From the NCBI RefSeq assembly GCF_964194025.1, contig NC_134476.1, positions 27,280,001 through 27,344,000 of the forward strand: a stretch of DNA of 64,000 nucleotides. Reading direction: 5' to 3'. Position 1 is the first letter of the stretch. Each line of letters starts with the position of its first letter. The DNA is from Convolutriloba macropyga (taxonomy: Eukaryota). Below the pieces are notes generated by a model that was not told where the DNA came from, did not search any database, and worked only from the letters and a program-made list of their open reading frames with translations. Made by a program: the position numbers and the translations under genes. Shown here piece by piece: positions 1 through 12,852 of this stretch.

Positions 1-143
1 ACTGGTGCTGAGTGAGAAAAAGCCACATTCCAACATTTGAAATCTCTCAGCCTTCAAAATTATAAATGGGAGAAAATAACTGAAGCCAAAAAGCCCCATA
101 TATTTCCCCAGTTAAGCATGAGCGCATGATAACCTCAGCCTCA

Positions 144-537
144 GGATGCACTTCGAACAGACTGGATGAGATTGAGAACAGGACACCACAGCATAGTTTA
201 CAATGTCCTCTGCACATACCACACATGTTACACCGTCGCCCTCTTGTGATGCCGACTTGGACTTGCTCAGTTCCATTCGAGTACCATTATACACATTTCT
301 GTTGCTACTGTTCGCAAATTTGTCATCATTCGTTTTCTTTTTCTGATTTGGGCTACCATTAGATCCATGACCAGTAACTGGGGTCCTTCGCCCATTATTA
401 GCATCTGCTTCAGATGATGGTGCTTGCAGATTGTTCTGATTTCCTATCGAATCGTCATTTTGTTGTTGTTGGCGTTGTTTGTTATGTGAAGTGAATTGTT
501 TAACTCTCCGCATGCGAGGAGGCGAATTACCGCTCAT
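144..537 (-). CDS. ZNF598: E3 ubiquitin ligase ZNF598/Hel2-like, first coding exon (gene continues beyond left edge)
   Basis: Low-complexity N/Q/S N-terminus then RING start CVVCAEDIVNYAVVSCSQSHPVCSKCILRLR, matching the ZNF598 CxxC...C.HPVC..C...R pattern. Candidate donor AG|GTTATC at 144/143; the ORF otherwise stops at 112 before the RING is complete. Confidence 0.75.
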
Positions 538-805
538 TTTATATCTGAAATGATAAAATCACTTTTGGCTTTTCCATACAAAGTTTACTTTTTCCATACT
601 TTTCCATACTTTTTTGATGATGCTTTATAGATTTTTACGAAGCTCTCGGGAAAAGAATACGTAATTAAAACATTCTTTGAACGGTTTATCAACAAAATTT
701 ACATATGTACAACTATATCTACAATTTACAGGTGAGATTGATCACACGGCGCAAAACAGATGATTAAATGATAAATAAAGCTGCGAAGGAGCATCTAAAG
801 CACAC

Positions 806-3307
806 TTAAAAACAGAAGTTACTATGCATCTGAAGTTCGTGGTTCGTTTTAAACGGCCTCGCACATTTACTGCACACAAATCCACTCATTGGTTTTAAAG
901 TACTAGACGACGTCCAGCGATCCCCACCACCCCCGACTGAACGACCAGATTTTGGTCTAGCAAGAGGTGAAGAAACATTTTTGGCAGCTCCAATACCATT
1001 CGAACACACATTGGCACGCTTCTGAGCACTTTTAACACGCTCAACGTAACTCAAACTGTCGTTGGCAACTTCACCGCCATGATCGTGTTCTGTGTTGCTA
1101 AACCTTTCTGAGATCTTTGAAGATCTACTTTGACTTTGCAAAACATCTCTAGACTCTGTCCTGTAGTAGTTCATCTGCAGATCGTTGATCAAAGGCACTG
1201 GATCTTTGATCTTGCTCTGTTCGTAAGTGAGACTAACAGAGCCATCACTAATACTTGTTCTGTTCGATTTTACAGTGCTGTTTGTTTGTTTGTCATCGTC
1301 GGATTTTGAAACCAACCCTTCAATTTTGGATAAACTGCTTCTTAAACTGGAATTCAGCTCGTCCAGTTTTGCTATTCGCATCATGTTCGACAATATTTGT
1401 TGCTCCATTTCATATTTTATGTACCTAGGATCACTTGGGTCAAGACCATGGGATGCTTTGGAGGACGGCTTTGAGTCAATTTGCGTCAAATCGGGGAATA
1501 AAATTAGCATATCTTGTTTTTCCTTCAAATTAGAGATCTCTGCATTCAGAGTTTTCACTTCATCTTCATAACTTTTAATTTGGTCACTTATAAGCGCGTT
1601 TTCCTCTTCAAGGTTCTTGATGAAAATATTCTGTTCTGAAACCCGTTTCTGCAACGGAGCCAGCTCCTTTTTAGCAGTTATCAAATCATCTTTTGCCTCA
1701 TCTCTTTCAATTTCAAGCTCACTAACTTCTTGCTTTAAACTCTCACATTGTTCGTCTAATTCCTCCAATCGGCCAACTAATACATCTTGCTTGGAAACCA
1801 ATTCCTCGTCCCGATTCGAGCTTATTTTATTTTTAACGCGCTCTTTCTTTAAAACTTGCTCATTATTTTCTATCTCAATTTTCAGATTAGTAATTTCAGA
1901 TTCAAAGTCCGATATCTGATTGTACTTTTGTTCAATTTCACTTTCGGCTTCTGACAATTTTGAGGATAACTGGAAGCATTTATCTTCCAGAAGTTGATTT
2001 TCAACCTTCATTTTCTCAGTTGTGAGCAAAAATTTTTCCTTTTCTTTATTGATTTCGTCAATTTGAGCTTTCAAATCACGCTCTGCGTTCATGACCCTCG
2101 CTAGTTTGTCAGATAGTTCAGCAATGTTACCCTCTGAGGTACTTTTCAACTCCATATATTCAGAATTTAACTTTGAGATTTCCAACTGACTTTTCTCCCT
2201 TTCCACGCTTAACATATTGTCAAAATTGTTCAGCTTTTCTGAAAGTGTTTCGACCTTTGTTTTCAGCTCGCACGTTTCGCAGGAATAACTTTCTAGTTTA
2301 TTGTTCTGATCTTTACATTTCTTTAAGATTCCGTTTAAATCTTTGCTCAGTTCACTACACAATCTGTCAATTTCCTGCACTGATAAATTTCCAGTTTCAA
2401 TACATTCGTTATCTTTGGTGACTAAAAATTTGTTGTTCATCGCTTTTAATCCGTAATTTTGACACACGACATTAATCGAATCACATATTGCGAATATATT
2501 GCGTTGGAAAAGAGCACAGTTGTTACAGGTTGCGAATAACGTGTCGAATGTTTGGCATCCAACTGAGCTCAAAGAGGCACAATTTGCGCCAGAATCAGCT
2601 GTTAACTTTTGCGTTGTAAGGAGTTCCAGGTGTGGAACAATACTGGATTCGGATCCAGTACCTTCTGTATCTGCCAAACTTAACTGACCATTTGACGTCA
2701 CTACAGACTTTCCTTGATCGCTGCTTTTGTCAATGGCGTTTCGATTCTGTGTCGCTTCCAGATAATCGAGAGTCACTTTTTCTAAAGCTTCCTCTAATGC
2801 ATCCGCATTTCCAGATAGTAAAATATTCTTTTCTTGAGTTTCCAGAAAGATCTTAGTAAAGGCGCTGAGTTTGTGCCACAACTTTTTAACAAGCAATCCG
2901 GTTGACATTGAATGAGACCTTGTACCGGTGGTACTCACAGTGCTGTTAGAAGCCGCCGATCCGCTACGACTATTCCCCAGAATACTTCCAGGCACTGCCG
3001 CTTCCATTGTTTGGCTAACAAAACTGGTAGCAAGATGTAATAAATACACCAGTCTGTCAATAACCAACTCGTACATAATAATATGCGTGACCTGGTTATC
3101 TTCAGTTTCATCTGGCTCGTAACTGTAGTCACTGAGGAGCTCAAGGATGTTTAAATCACTAGCTAACTGGTCCGGATACTTCCAAGATTTGACATTGACA
3201 GCCTGGACACCAGATTGTGTAATCGTTTCTGATATAGTAGTATGTAGATCTAAGACATCTTGTCTTAAACTTTGGATGCAAGATTTACTCCCAAGCAAAT
3301 GTGCCAT
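806..3307 (-). CDS. CCDC157: Coiled-coil domain-containing protein 157, single exon, 833 aa
   Basis: N-terminus MAHLLGSKSCIQSLRQDVLDL...SWKYPD.LA.DL....LL..Y...H...YELVIDRL is the CCDC157 signature. Long coiled coil, FPDL and MEQQI..N..RI motifs, C-terminal CxxC..H...C finger. Confidence 0.9.
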   Translation of the reverse strand: MAHLLGSKSCIQSLRQDVLDLHTTISETITQSGVQAVNVKSWKYPDQLASDLNILELLSDYSYEPDETEDNQVTHIIMYELVIDRLVYLLHLATSFVSQTMEAAVPGSILGNSRSGSAASNSTVSTTGTRSHSMSTGLLVKKLWHKLSAFTKIFLETQEKNILLSGNADALEEALEKVTLDYLEATQNRNAIDKSSDQGKSVVTSNGQLSLADTEGTGSESSIVPHLELLTTQKLTADSGANCASLSSVGCQTFDTLFATCNNCALFQRNIFAICDSINVVCQNYGLKAMNNKFLVTKDNECIETGNLSVQEIDRLCSELSKDLNGILKKCKDQNNKLESYSCETCELKTKVETLSEKLNNFDNMLSVEREKSQLEISKLNSEYMELKSTSEGNIAELSDKLARVMNAERDLKAQIDEINKEKEKFLLTTEKMKVENQLLEDKCFQLSSKLSEAESEIEQKYNQISDFESEITNLKIEIENNEQVLKKERVKNKISSNRDEELVSKQDVLVGRLEELDEQCESLKQEVSELEIERDEAKDDLITAKKELAPLQKRVSEQNIFIKNLEEENALISDQIKSYEDEVKTLNAEISNLKEKQDMLILFPDLTQIDSKPSSKASHGLDPSDPRYIKYEMEQQILSNMMRIAKLDELNSSLRSSLSKIEGLVSKSDDDKQTNSTVKSNRTSISDGSVSLTYEQSKIKDPVPLINDLQMNYYRTESRDVLQSQSRSSKISERFSNTEHDHGGEVANDSLSYVERVKSAQKRANVCSNGIGAAKNVSSPLARPKSGRSVGGGGDRWTSSSTLKPMSGFVCSKCARPFKTNHELQMHSNFCF

Positions 3308-4499
3308 TTTAACGTTTTTGATGGTAATAATACAAATACATTTTCTGAAAAGAAACCCAAAGAGGTTAAAACATTCAAAAGAACAATTGACGTGATCGGT
3401 TCATTTAAATCTCAGCAATTACGCATACAATGCAAAAGTATGGTCAACAGAAAGCGAGGTCAAATATGCCCTCGGTCTACATCGTTACCTATTACTATCT
3501 TAAAACATGCAAAAATACCGATTCCTACTACGTCTCAGGGTTTCCCAAAATGCAAAAAAATACCATTCCAACCCCAGCAAGAGGCTGTTTTAAGCCGTTT
3601 TTGAGGAAACTAAAATTGCAATGCGTTCGATGCAAATCCAATATAAAAAGTTTACAACACACTGTAAAAACAGTTGATTATTTTGTTCAAAAGATAACAA
3701 AAATCCCAGAAAAATTGAGAAAATATTGGCTTTATTGCAAAGAGTCTCACAAAAGCAGCTTAACAGTGAAACGATTTAAGAGCTATTCAAACCAAATTTG
3801 AAACACTAAGCTATTTTTAGTTCCCTAACGACATTCTATTTTTATAATTTGAAACGTAACAAACAGATCAGATTTAAGACCATATATTTAGCCAAACGTT
3901 TGAACTGCGCAGCGAGATAATACGATTTGAATGATGTTTTTACCAAGTTATACATTGAACTAATTTCGTACATGTGAAAGACTGAATGAGATATGATTTA
4001 AGGATATAAGAGGACAGGACAGCATATTCCAAAGAGTCGATATGAATAATTCACTCTACAATAGCACTTCGAGTAGAATTCGAGCAAGAGTTGGGATATT
4101 GAAACAAACTGACCATTTGGAAAGCATAGTGAGTGGAAAACTAATTTGAAAGCTAAAGCAATATCCATTAAAGGCAAAAACTGAAAGAAAAACGGCTGCT
4201 TTTGACACAAAATGATAGCCATAAAAGTGGATCGTCATCCTCTACAGTGCAAATTTGATCAGGATAAATATCAAACTAATAAAGGCATCAGAGGCTTTAA
4301 AAAACATACCAGGACAAAAGAATTCGATCTGAGAATTTTAAAAATCGAAGATCTGACAATCAGACTGAAGGAAAAAGACTCAAACTTAAAAAAAATGAAG
4401 CAACCAATAGAAAAAGCAAAGTGCATCCGGAAAAACAAACAGGAAAATAGAAAAAAAACGAGATACAAAAAATGTGTCTGATGCAAGAAAAAAGCGCAA

Positions 4500-5365
4500 A
4501 CCGACGAACCTGGACCAAATCCTGTCACCTCATCGCGGTGGTCTGGTGGGCTCGAAGAGAACCCTGCCCGGCCAGATGACCGAGCGGTGGCTGTCGGAAA
4601 AACGCGAGCAGAGCCGCAATGAGATGCAACAGGTGCCTTATCTGGTTCCACGCTAAATGCGCCGACACTGCAAAACTTTCCTCTGGACCTACCAGGCCTG
4701 AGTCTACTGGCCCGTACAATGGACTTGCGGTGAATGCAGGAATGACGCCTCCCCCTCTTTGATACTATGCCAAACCTGTCTAAGAAACAATTGGATAAAG
4801 TTCATTCACCAGTGAGGTATGGACGACGGTTCTGGTAACAGTGGCACGAAAAATGGAGGCTCCGGAGTCTTCATCCAACGACATGCCACATTTGAAACTG
4901 TTATCCTGAAGAAACCTGCTGGAACCGTCTCTTCAAGCTACAGAGCAGAGGTGATAGCTATAATTGAAGGAGCAAAGTGGACCGTGGCCAACGCATCAGG
5001 AGGTGACATAGGTTTCCTGACAGATTCAAAGTCACTAGTAGAACCTCTGAACAATGGACAATCTCACAAGAACTGGCCCAAACTTCACGAACTCTCTGAT
5101 GCCTTATTGGAGACCTACCTCCACAGAATAGGGCGAGCCAAGTTCCCAACATGTCCCTGTGGCACCTCGAACCACGACCCGGAACACCTACTGCTAAATT
5201 GCCGACTACACGAAGATGAGAGAAGGAGAACCCTGGGATTAAGACCCTTCGTTGAAACTCTGTGGGACGAACCTCGAACAATAGCGGCATTCCTCCGCAG
5301 GACCGGCCACCTGGGACCGGCAACACTCGCATAAGCGCAGTACGGGAGCAAACAACAATCAAAAA
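4500..5365 (+). mobile_element. Internally deleted Ingi/I-group non-LTR retrotransposon (degenerate 2A peptide, PHD, RNase H, CCHC)
   Basis: SGGLEENP(G)P at 4542-4570; PHD GGC...CNRCLIWFHAKC...WTCGEC at 4571-4740; RNase H DGS...GGSGV...SSYRAE...TDSKS in ORF 4819-5334; C-terminal CPCG...HLLLNC; CAA-rich tail after the stop. No APE or RT present. Confidence 0.75.
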
Positions 5366-6148
5366 CCATGAACTGATAGAAATATTGGTTTGATTTCTTG
5401 CATCTTTTGCCTACACTGAAGTGCATTGTACGGAACGGAAATCTGAACGGAATCTGTTTAGAGTACGACGTGGCTGGTTCAGGCTCTCAGTCCGCTTAGC
5501 TGTATAACGCGAACTGAGCTGGCATTTAGTTACCAGGGGCACCATGTCTAGGCACCGGATTACTGGACCTCCTCCGAAGTCGTTCGTCTCAGTATTGCTC
5601 CTCCAATCCCCGCCCCTAGTAAAACTTAACCTTATTTGTACAAAAAGGATTGTACAAAAATTACAAAGCTTTTCAATGAAATGTACTTTGTCTTTGACGA
5701 TGCTTATCATTTCTCAGATATCTTAAACTCAGAACTGTCATGTGCTAACCAAATGGAAATCACTTTTTTCAGTAGTTTGTCTCTGCACAACTACAGGACA
5801 AAAAGTTTATGAAAAGGGCAAGTCTAATTTAACAGCACTTGTTGAAGCAGCTCTATAATTCATCAGAAAACAATTAACGTTGTTCATTCTATTACATGTA
5901 CTGTTTTTCGAACTTAGAATAGCAGATTTCAAAAACTGACGAAACTCGGCGAAAAAACCATCAATACTCTCGACGAAAATGCTCCACAATTTTGATCAAC
6001 TCGATTACGTGTTAGCACCTATTTAGCCAATAAAGAAAGCTAATACCAATATATAGCATCCACTTATTAATAGGCAAAAGGCAAAAAACTTAATGCGTCT
6101 AATCTCTCGTAATGTGTTTAATTTGTGAACACGTAGAATCTAATAACA

Positions 6149-6969
6149 TCTAAGTATATGTTGGAGTATAGTTCTGGGAAGCCTAAGGCAATTAGAGCTC
6201 AGAGCCGAGGGCGTTTGCGCCCGAGGCAGAGCTCGAATTGCCGAAGGCTTCCCAGAACTATACTCTAACTTATTTAGACTCCAATTTCGCTGTTCAAAAC
6301 TCAAAGAGATAATCCAATTAAAATTTATAGTGACATTGCAATTCTCGTGCAGCGAATCAATCCAACAATTGAATAATCGTTCAACTCAATTAATATTTTT
6401 TTGAATTCCTTGATAATTTGTAGGAGCGAATGGATTGCAGGGGTTGTCAGCCGGCTCTGTTGTGTTACTCTCACTGTCACTTTTAATGATTTTTAGAAAA
6501 ATGAGCAATTTATAAAAAAAATATTCCTTTGAATTGACTCAATTACAGACCTTAAAAAAGTCCTCTTTGCCGAAGTTGATATATTTTATGACTGTTTCCT
6601 GTTTTCAGTTATCCCATTTAATTATCATTGAAAAGTTTATGCTTTGTCTCATGAGAAAAAATTGGACTTCCAATAAAATTTTCCGAGAAACACGCCTTAA
6701 GGCTTCCAAGAACTTTTTCCAAGAAGTTTGCTCAGTTGATTGCTCACATTATACCACTTTGTAAGGTTGAACTCTTCGAGACAAGTGTGAAAAATGAGCG
6801 AAAAACTGATTAAGTTCAAAGTCTAGTGTGATATGAAACGTGAAATCTTGAAAAAAATTGGACGCTTGACAAAATATGAAATAATGACTTCTTGCTTGAA
6901 AAACTTCCAAAATTGATGATCGAGCCTAACTTTTTTGTTGATTTTCTTTAACAGCGAAATTGAGGTCTA
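6149..6969. mobile_element. Non-autonomous DNA element: ~130-bp palindrome abutting 20-bp inverted repeats
   Basis: Hairpin 6149-6279 with ~50-bp arms. IRs TAGACTCCAATTTCGCTGTT (6275-6294) and AACAGCGAAATTGAGGTCTA (6950-6969). Inverted second copy at 51079-51920. Confidence 0.7.
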
Positions 6970-7444
6970 CGAGCATCTGCATGTTACATTACAAAACTGT
7001 TCCAAAACTCTTGCAACTAATCCCGAGAATTTAGTTTAGAGCAATGAAATGTTCAATTTACAAACAAATTTGTGTTTCGATTTGAAATGTTGAGCATAAG
7101 CGGGCTGATAACAATTTTGGGCTCAAAAATTCTTGATAACTGATTACTGATAACTGATAATTTCTTCAAATTATGAATTTTATGAATTATGAATTTCATT
7201 ATGAATTTATTACTTCAAATTATGAATTTTATTAAAAATTCATGATAACTCCTATTTCTTCTTTCAATCATTAGAAAAGTTTTAAATAGTCAGATGGAAC
7301 TAAGCAATCTCAGAGATCTTGCATTGTCCGTTTCTCGAGCGTCGCATGACTATTTCTCAATGAAGGATCAATTCACTATAATAAAATAATAACCTGCAAC
7401 AAACTTCACCGATGCATATTTCTGGGGCAAAAAACTGCAGAAAC

Positions 7445-7773
7445 ATAGCCGGCAGATTGCCAGAATAGCTGCGAAAGAATAGACTTGCGTGCCGTATAAT
7501 AGAGCTAGAAACAGATACAGATCTGAAATGAAAAAAAAACGACGAAGCTCAAAAGGCTACGTTAAAGACATTCAGGGATAAATTAATAAAGCTTGTTGAA
7601 ATTCATTCCGCAGAAGCCTCTTATTAGGGACCTTTACTGCACATACGAGTTCCTTTGCCCTTAAACTAACTCAAATTAAACTTAAGTTTTAAAGTGCAGA
7701 AGTCCTTTTTTTGAGTGAGAAAAGTCACGTATGATCAAAATCTAATCACGTAAATGATCTTAAAACCTTTGCT

Positions 7774-7804
<31 letters not shown>

Positions 7805-8990
7805 AGAGAGTAAGGAATGACATCAAGTACGTAAACGCCCCTAGTGAGAGGAAGAAGTCATCCCGAAAATTTGACTTTCAGCTCTGCTGTGTGAACAAAT
7901 GTAAAATTAAAAAGAGCGTCAGACGACCAAACAAAAAAATATAGCAGGACAAGTCCTGACGTACAATTCAAAGAATTTTCATTAACTGAACAGAAAACTA
8001 GAAAATAGCAGCGATAGACGCTTGTGGCCTTCCATGAATTGAAACAACTAAAGAAATAAGATAGACAGATCCACTACCAGTCCTTCAATATACCACTAGA
8101 CTTTTTGGGTTAGAATCGGACTGTCAATTTTATGACACATACAGTCTATAAGGAAAAAGCCCTAAATTTGGCACCACTTAGATGCACACTATTGATCTTT
8201 AACTAGTAAATGTTCATTAAAAGTGAAGCTCCGTAATTAAAGCTCCATGTTCATAAAAATTAAAGCTCCATAAGTCAGTTCAGAAGTCATTTTTTAATTG
8301 AGGTAAGTCACGCAATTGATTCAAAAGTAGAAAGGACGTCACGCGCACAAAATTTAAATGCAAAGCAGTAGAAGGCATTGAAGTCATCAAAAAAGTCAAT
8401 TCCAAGTAGTCAGGTCGTAAGAATCATTGATGCAGACGACGAATTAAAAAAACATAGCAGGCCAAGTCCTGACGTAAAATTAAAATAATTTTCATTGGCT
8501 AAACGAAAAACAAGACATAGAAAGGACTACGAATGAATTGTGAAAACCATTTCTGAAAAAAAATAATCAGTGTTAAAAATTAAGCATGTGATAAAAAAAA
8601 CACTAGCGAGAAATTGAAATTTAGTTCAAACAAAAAACTAGGCCTAGAATAAACTATGAATGGATTGCGAAAACCATTTAGAAAAAAAATCCGATGCAAA
8701 AAATTGAAAAATAGTAAAAATCAAACTGAAATTGCCGCATGTGAACAAAAAACCACTAGCGAGAAAGCGAATTTTTGTTTAAACACTGTTTTCTCACTCT
8801 ACTTAAAAATTAGAGCGAAAAAAATTCACGCCGCAAAACCACTCGCTTTTTCGCTCCATTTCCTGTTATGGCGTGAAAATTATGAAAATGTGTGAACAGA
8901 TCTTAAAAAAAGCGCCCCAATACAATTCAAATTCTTTGAATTGTAAAAACCAAAAGCACTGCAATGTAGCTCCGCTCAGCTTACAGCTAT
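7445..8990 (-). mobile_element. HINE/Helentron-like family A, composite copy, with (GA)n microsatellite at ~7774-7810
   Basis: Starts ATAGCCGGCAGATTGCCAG; ends TAGCTCCGCTCAGCTTACAGCTAT; internal modules shared with other copies. Confidence 0.6.
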
Positions 8991-9971
8991 AAAAAAACCC
9001 CGACAATGTTCAGTTTTTCATGAATTAAAAAGCGAGCGGTTTGCAGGGGTAGTCGGTAGCTTAAGAGCAATCTGAACTTGATGAGCGGCGTGTGCCAGAA
9101 ACGTGTGGCGCGGGCAAGGACGTGAAATAACAGGATCGATCGACAAATTTGAAATGTATAGAAAAACAGTCGAGAACGCCCGGCGAGGGATTGGCTTTGG
9201 ATGCAGCTAACTGAATTACAGGGACACGGAGGTTCGTAGCCTAGATAGAGCGCGAGGATAGAAGAGCTCAGAGGGTAGAATTGGAAGGGACGAGGAGGAC
9301 GGCGGACCACAATTGCCCTCTAAACCATAATAATCTACCTTTTCAAGAGTCGGAACTGTCAAGCAAAAAATTAGCATAAAAACAAAAAAACAAACGTTTA
9401 CAATACGTGCTTCAAACTTCGTTCGAGAGCTATTAAAACGCCATCATGCCTATATGGGCTCAATACTCTTTGCTTCGCGGCCCTTAAAAATCTACATTTA
9501 TCCAGTTTTGACTTGTCTTTTCTAGAAAAAATTTGCTAAGCGGCGTTAGTCATTCGTTGCTTTTGATTGACCATAACAATGTTCAACAGTTCTAAACCTC
9601 TGCACAGATTCCTATGCCCAAAAATAGACAAAAAATTTGTGTGAAAATAAATTCTCTAACAATATATACTACTTTAAGATGTGTTGTTGATTGAATCGAA
9701 TACAAGCATTACAACATTAAAATAAATCTAGACAGAGAACACGATTTGTGCCGCAGCAGAAAAATCAAACAAACGTAAATACATTTCATCGAAGCAGTGC
9801 CCCAAAATGCCCTTTAATTAAGAAAGGCAAATAGATATACCATCTCATATAGATCAAGAATCGAGGAAGTCTGCTTACACTAATTGATAGGTGAAGAGCA
9901 CAATCAAATCAATGGGTTTTACTGATATCAGCACCACAATAATCGTGAATTGTTATTTCTTCATATAAGTG

Positions 9972-10851
9972 TCACCTAAACCCAGAATCGGAGGTCGGAA
10001 CAAAAGCTTCGGGTCTCAGGGGGTTGCCAGATGCCAGTCGTTGCCTAGTCTGGATAGCTGCCATTGCCAGCCCATTTGTCATCATCTCATTTTCCTCGCC
10101 CGAACTGTATTCATCACCTTCCTGCTCTTGGAACAGCGCGCTTCCCGAAAATACTGGTGCACCGGAAAAGTTGCCAGTGTTTTCATCATCTGGATGTGTA
10201 CGTACTCGACCATACAACTGTACATCGCCTATGCTACTGTTGTAGGAATGCAATTGCTGACCATTGACCTTTACGTTGTTCAGTCCATAATTCGTCCTCG
10301 TCCCATTGGCTAACAGTTGTGACATACCAGCACTGCCCGCTGATTGGACAGCTTTGAACTCGTTCAATCTAACACTTGTTGATGCATGATTACTATTTGA
10401 GGTCGACGATGATGTTGGAAACATGAGCTCTAAGTCGGCATCCAAACTATCAACAGGGTGACTTGAGTCCTTAGATACTGCCACAGAAAGTGGGCCACTA
10501 CCGTTAGGTGATGAAAAATTAGATGCCAACTCGTATGCTGACCTCTTTCTTGCCGCTTCTAACACACTTGGCGAAATACTGAGTTTAGATCCGGATGATC
10601 CCTGGGTATCGCACGCAACGCTAAGGGAATCCATGGAAGTGGCATTTGGAAAAATTGGCCTCCCGATTGGAATGGAGGCGGTTCTCACTCTCTCGTAAGC
10701 AGCTATCAGTTTGGTTTTGTTAGACAGGAATTTGAGCACTGCGTTGAGGTCACGGAGTGTCTTGTGAATTGTGAAGCATCCAGAGGTCAAGTTGAGCTTG
10801 TACCGCAGCTGGCCAATATTCTTGTTAATACAGAACAAGGCATGTAGAAAC
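9972..10851 (-). CDS. UVRAG: UVRAG coding exon 5 (last)
   Basis: Acceptor TTCTTTAG|G, phase 2. RFLHALFCINKNIGQLRY...HKTLRDL matches UVRAG LLNKNIAQLRY...QTLPNL, followed by an S-rich tail; TGA at 9972. Confidence 0.85.
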
Positions 10852-11149
10852 CTAAAGAACGGATATAAATTGACGCAAGGTAGACAAAATTCACAATTTA
10901 CATCTTTGAAATTCTCTGTCATTACTTAAACTTGCAACGTTGATAGATTCAATTGCAGCAAAAGGATAGCAAACTGATCAAAATGAAGCGTCTTGAAAAA
11001 CATATCAAATGTGTGTCCGGAAACAGACCTCAGAATAGGAAAAACTGCTTTCGAAGAACAAACTTTTAGTAAAAAACAAAAGTATTTAAAATTTATACGA
11101 AAAACTCTCTCAATGTCCCAACCGTCCATCTTAAAAAAAAACTGAAGCA

Positions 11150-11520
11150 TCAAAAGATGCTGAATTTTTCGATCTACTTTGCATCCGTCTTCAGTAAATC
11201 AAATATAAACATCAAAAACAAACTTGAGTGAAATCAACACTGCAAAGAAGAAGGTATTAGCGAAACATTACGCGTACTTATTATCCCAGACAAATCAACT
11301 GGACCGACCATATGGGATACACACTTTTGAAAAACTGCCACAAAGCCCAGTGCGAATCACTAAATGGACAGGTGATTCTGCCTCACCCAGAATATAACAT
11401 TGAAAAAAGCAGTTTAATCAGGATAATCAGTACACCGGAAACCTTGTCGTTGGTTTTCTCCCAAGTACACTGGAAAAAATCAGACTCTGGAGGACCAGAC
11501 TGCAACACTACATAGAAACA
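11150..11520 (+). mobile_element. Degraded CR1/L2-type LINE fragment
   Basis: Broken translation YFASVFSKS ... PDKSTGP ... LLKNC....CESL resembles the pre-RT region of CR1-group ORF2. Confidence 0.45.
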
Positions 11521-11522
11521 TA

Positions 11523-11923
11523 ACCGACTAACATCGAGCGTATTGCTCTCGAACGACCGGCGAGCGGTTGGCTTCGTCAGTAGCTAAGTAGCTAGCCACG
11601 GGGGGGGGGGGGGTGCACCGGGGGCTGATGGTGGGGCAACACTGGGTTGGGGGGTGGGGGGTCAACAGGGGGGGGGGGGGGGGGGTGTCTCAACCTCTAA
11701 GAACCGCCCTTCACACCATAAGTATAAGTCTCCAAAACAGTTTGCGCTGAAACAGAGCTGAAAGGCTCCAAGAGCACTTAATGCCCGCTGGGCGCTACCT
11801 GTTTATCCCGATTTTGAGGACGAAAAGTCAAAAGCGTCAGACGAAAAATCGGTCAAGCGAAAAATCGCATAAAAAGACCGACAGGACTAATATAATTGCT
11901 ACAAACTTCGTTTGAGAGCAATT
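11523..11923 (-). mobile_element. HINE/Helentron-like family B
   Basis: IRs ATTGCTCTCGAACGA (11542) and TCGTTTGAGAGCAAT (11908-11922), small hairpin just outside the left IR, internal G tracts. Related copies or parts at ~17195, 18193, 18930-19185, 19378-19690, 19927-20332, 26600-26850, 30174-31263, 35560-35720, 40062, 51930-52067. Confidence 0.65.
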
Positions 11924-12852
11924 AATTATATCACAACATTAGGAAGTTCCAGCTCTGAAAGTGAAAACAGAACTCATAAGCAAGATTTTCCGTCAAATAC
12001 ACCCACAATACAAAAAACCTTAAGAAACGTCAAAAAACGTCAAGCAGTCAAAGTTGCTAAGAAAACTGAAGAACCTATCCGGTCTCCTAGCTTTCTTATC
12101 TTGGCTGTTGCGATATATCCTTTTTGTTGTCTGGGTGGTAAAAATTTTACCCTTAACAACGAGAAAACCTCCCTGGCTATGTCCATTAGGCAATCAAAAT
12201 AGAGACCAGAAATTCGAAATGCAGCGACAGGAAAAATGAATCTACTGAAGAAAATGCGAATCGAGTAGATTAACTAGATTAACTATCGCATCCTAAAAGG
12301 TTGTTTGTGCTAACTGTTTGCGTCAATACAATGAATATCTTCAATTTGTACCATTTGGTGTATTTGGCGGTATTAGTACTCGGGAACTATTTAGAACAGT
12401 TTAGTACAATTGAGAGGGATGTGGGAGTGGAAAGTTTAACTTAGTTGTTTTCCGGAAGAGCACCAATGTAAAACTGGCGATAAATTATTCCCAATCCAGA
12501 AGCGGATTCTAAGTTTAAAACTGTACACAGATAATACGAAACTTAAACTAATGAGAAAAGTAGACATTGATTTTGATAGTCATTTACAGATCTGCCTTCA
12601 AATTCTCACCCACGAAACAAAAGCCCAAGAAGCCCAAACTAGGGTCCAAAAAGTATCAAAGTTATTAACGACCTTTTAGGAACATTTCCCCAAAACACAC
12701 TACCATATGATACTTTTGGTAAAACTCGGACTAAGCTACCATCATAAAACAGATCAGCTGTATATATTAGCTCCTTTTAAGCTACTTTTCCGGATAACAA
12801 TTTATGATAATTGGTGCGTTGAGTGTTTTCAGTGAACAGCTAATTGTGAAAA

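Noticed and set aside
1227-3122. Plus-strand ORFs overlapping CCDC157
   Set aside because: Antisense shadows of the real CDS.
10852-10922. ORF-track ATG start of the 316-aa ORF
   Set aside because: Intronic read-through; UVRAG homology starts at the acceptor at 10851.
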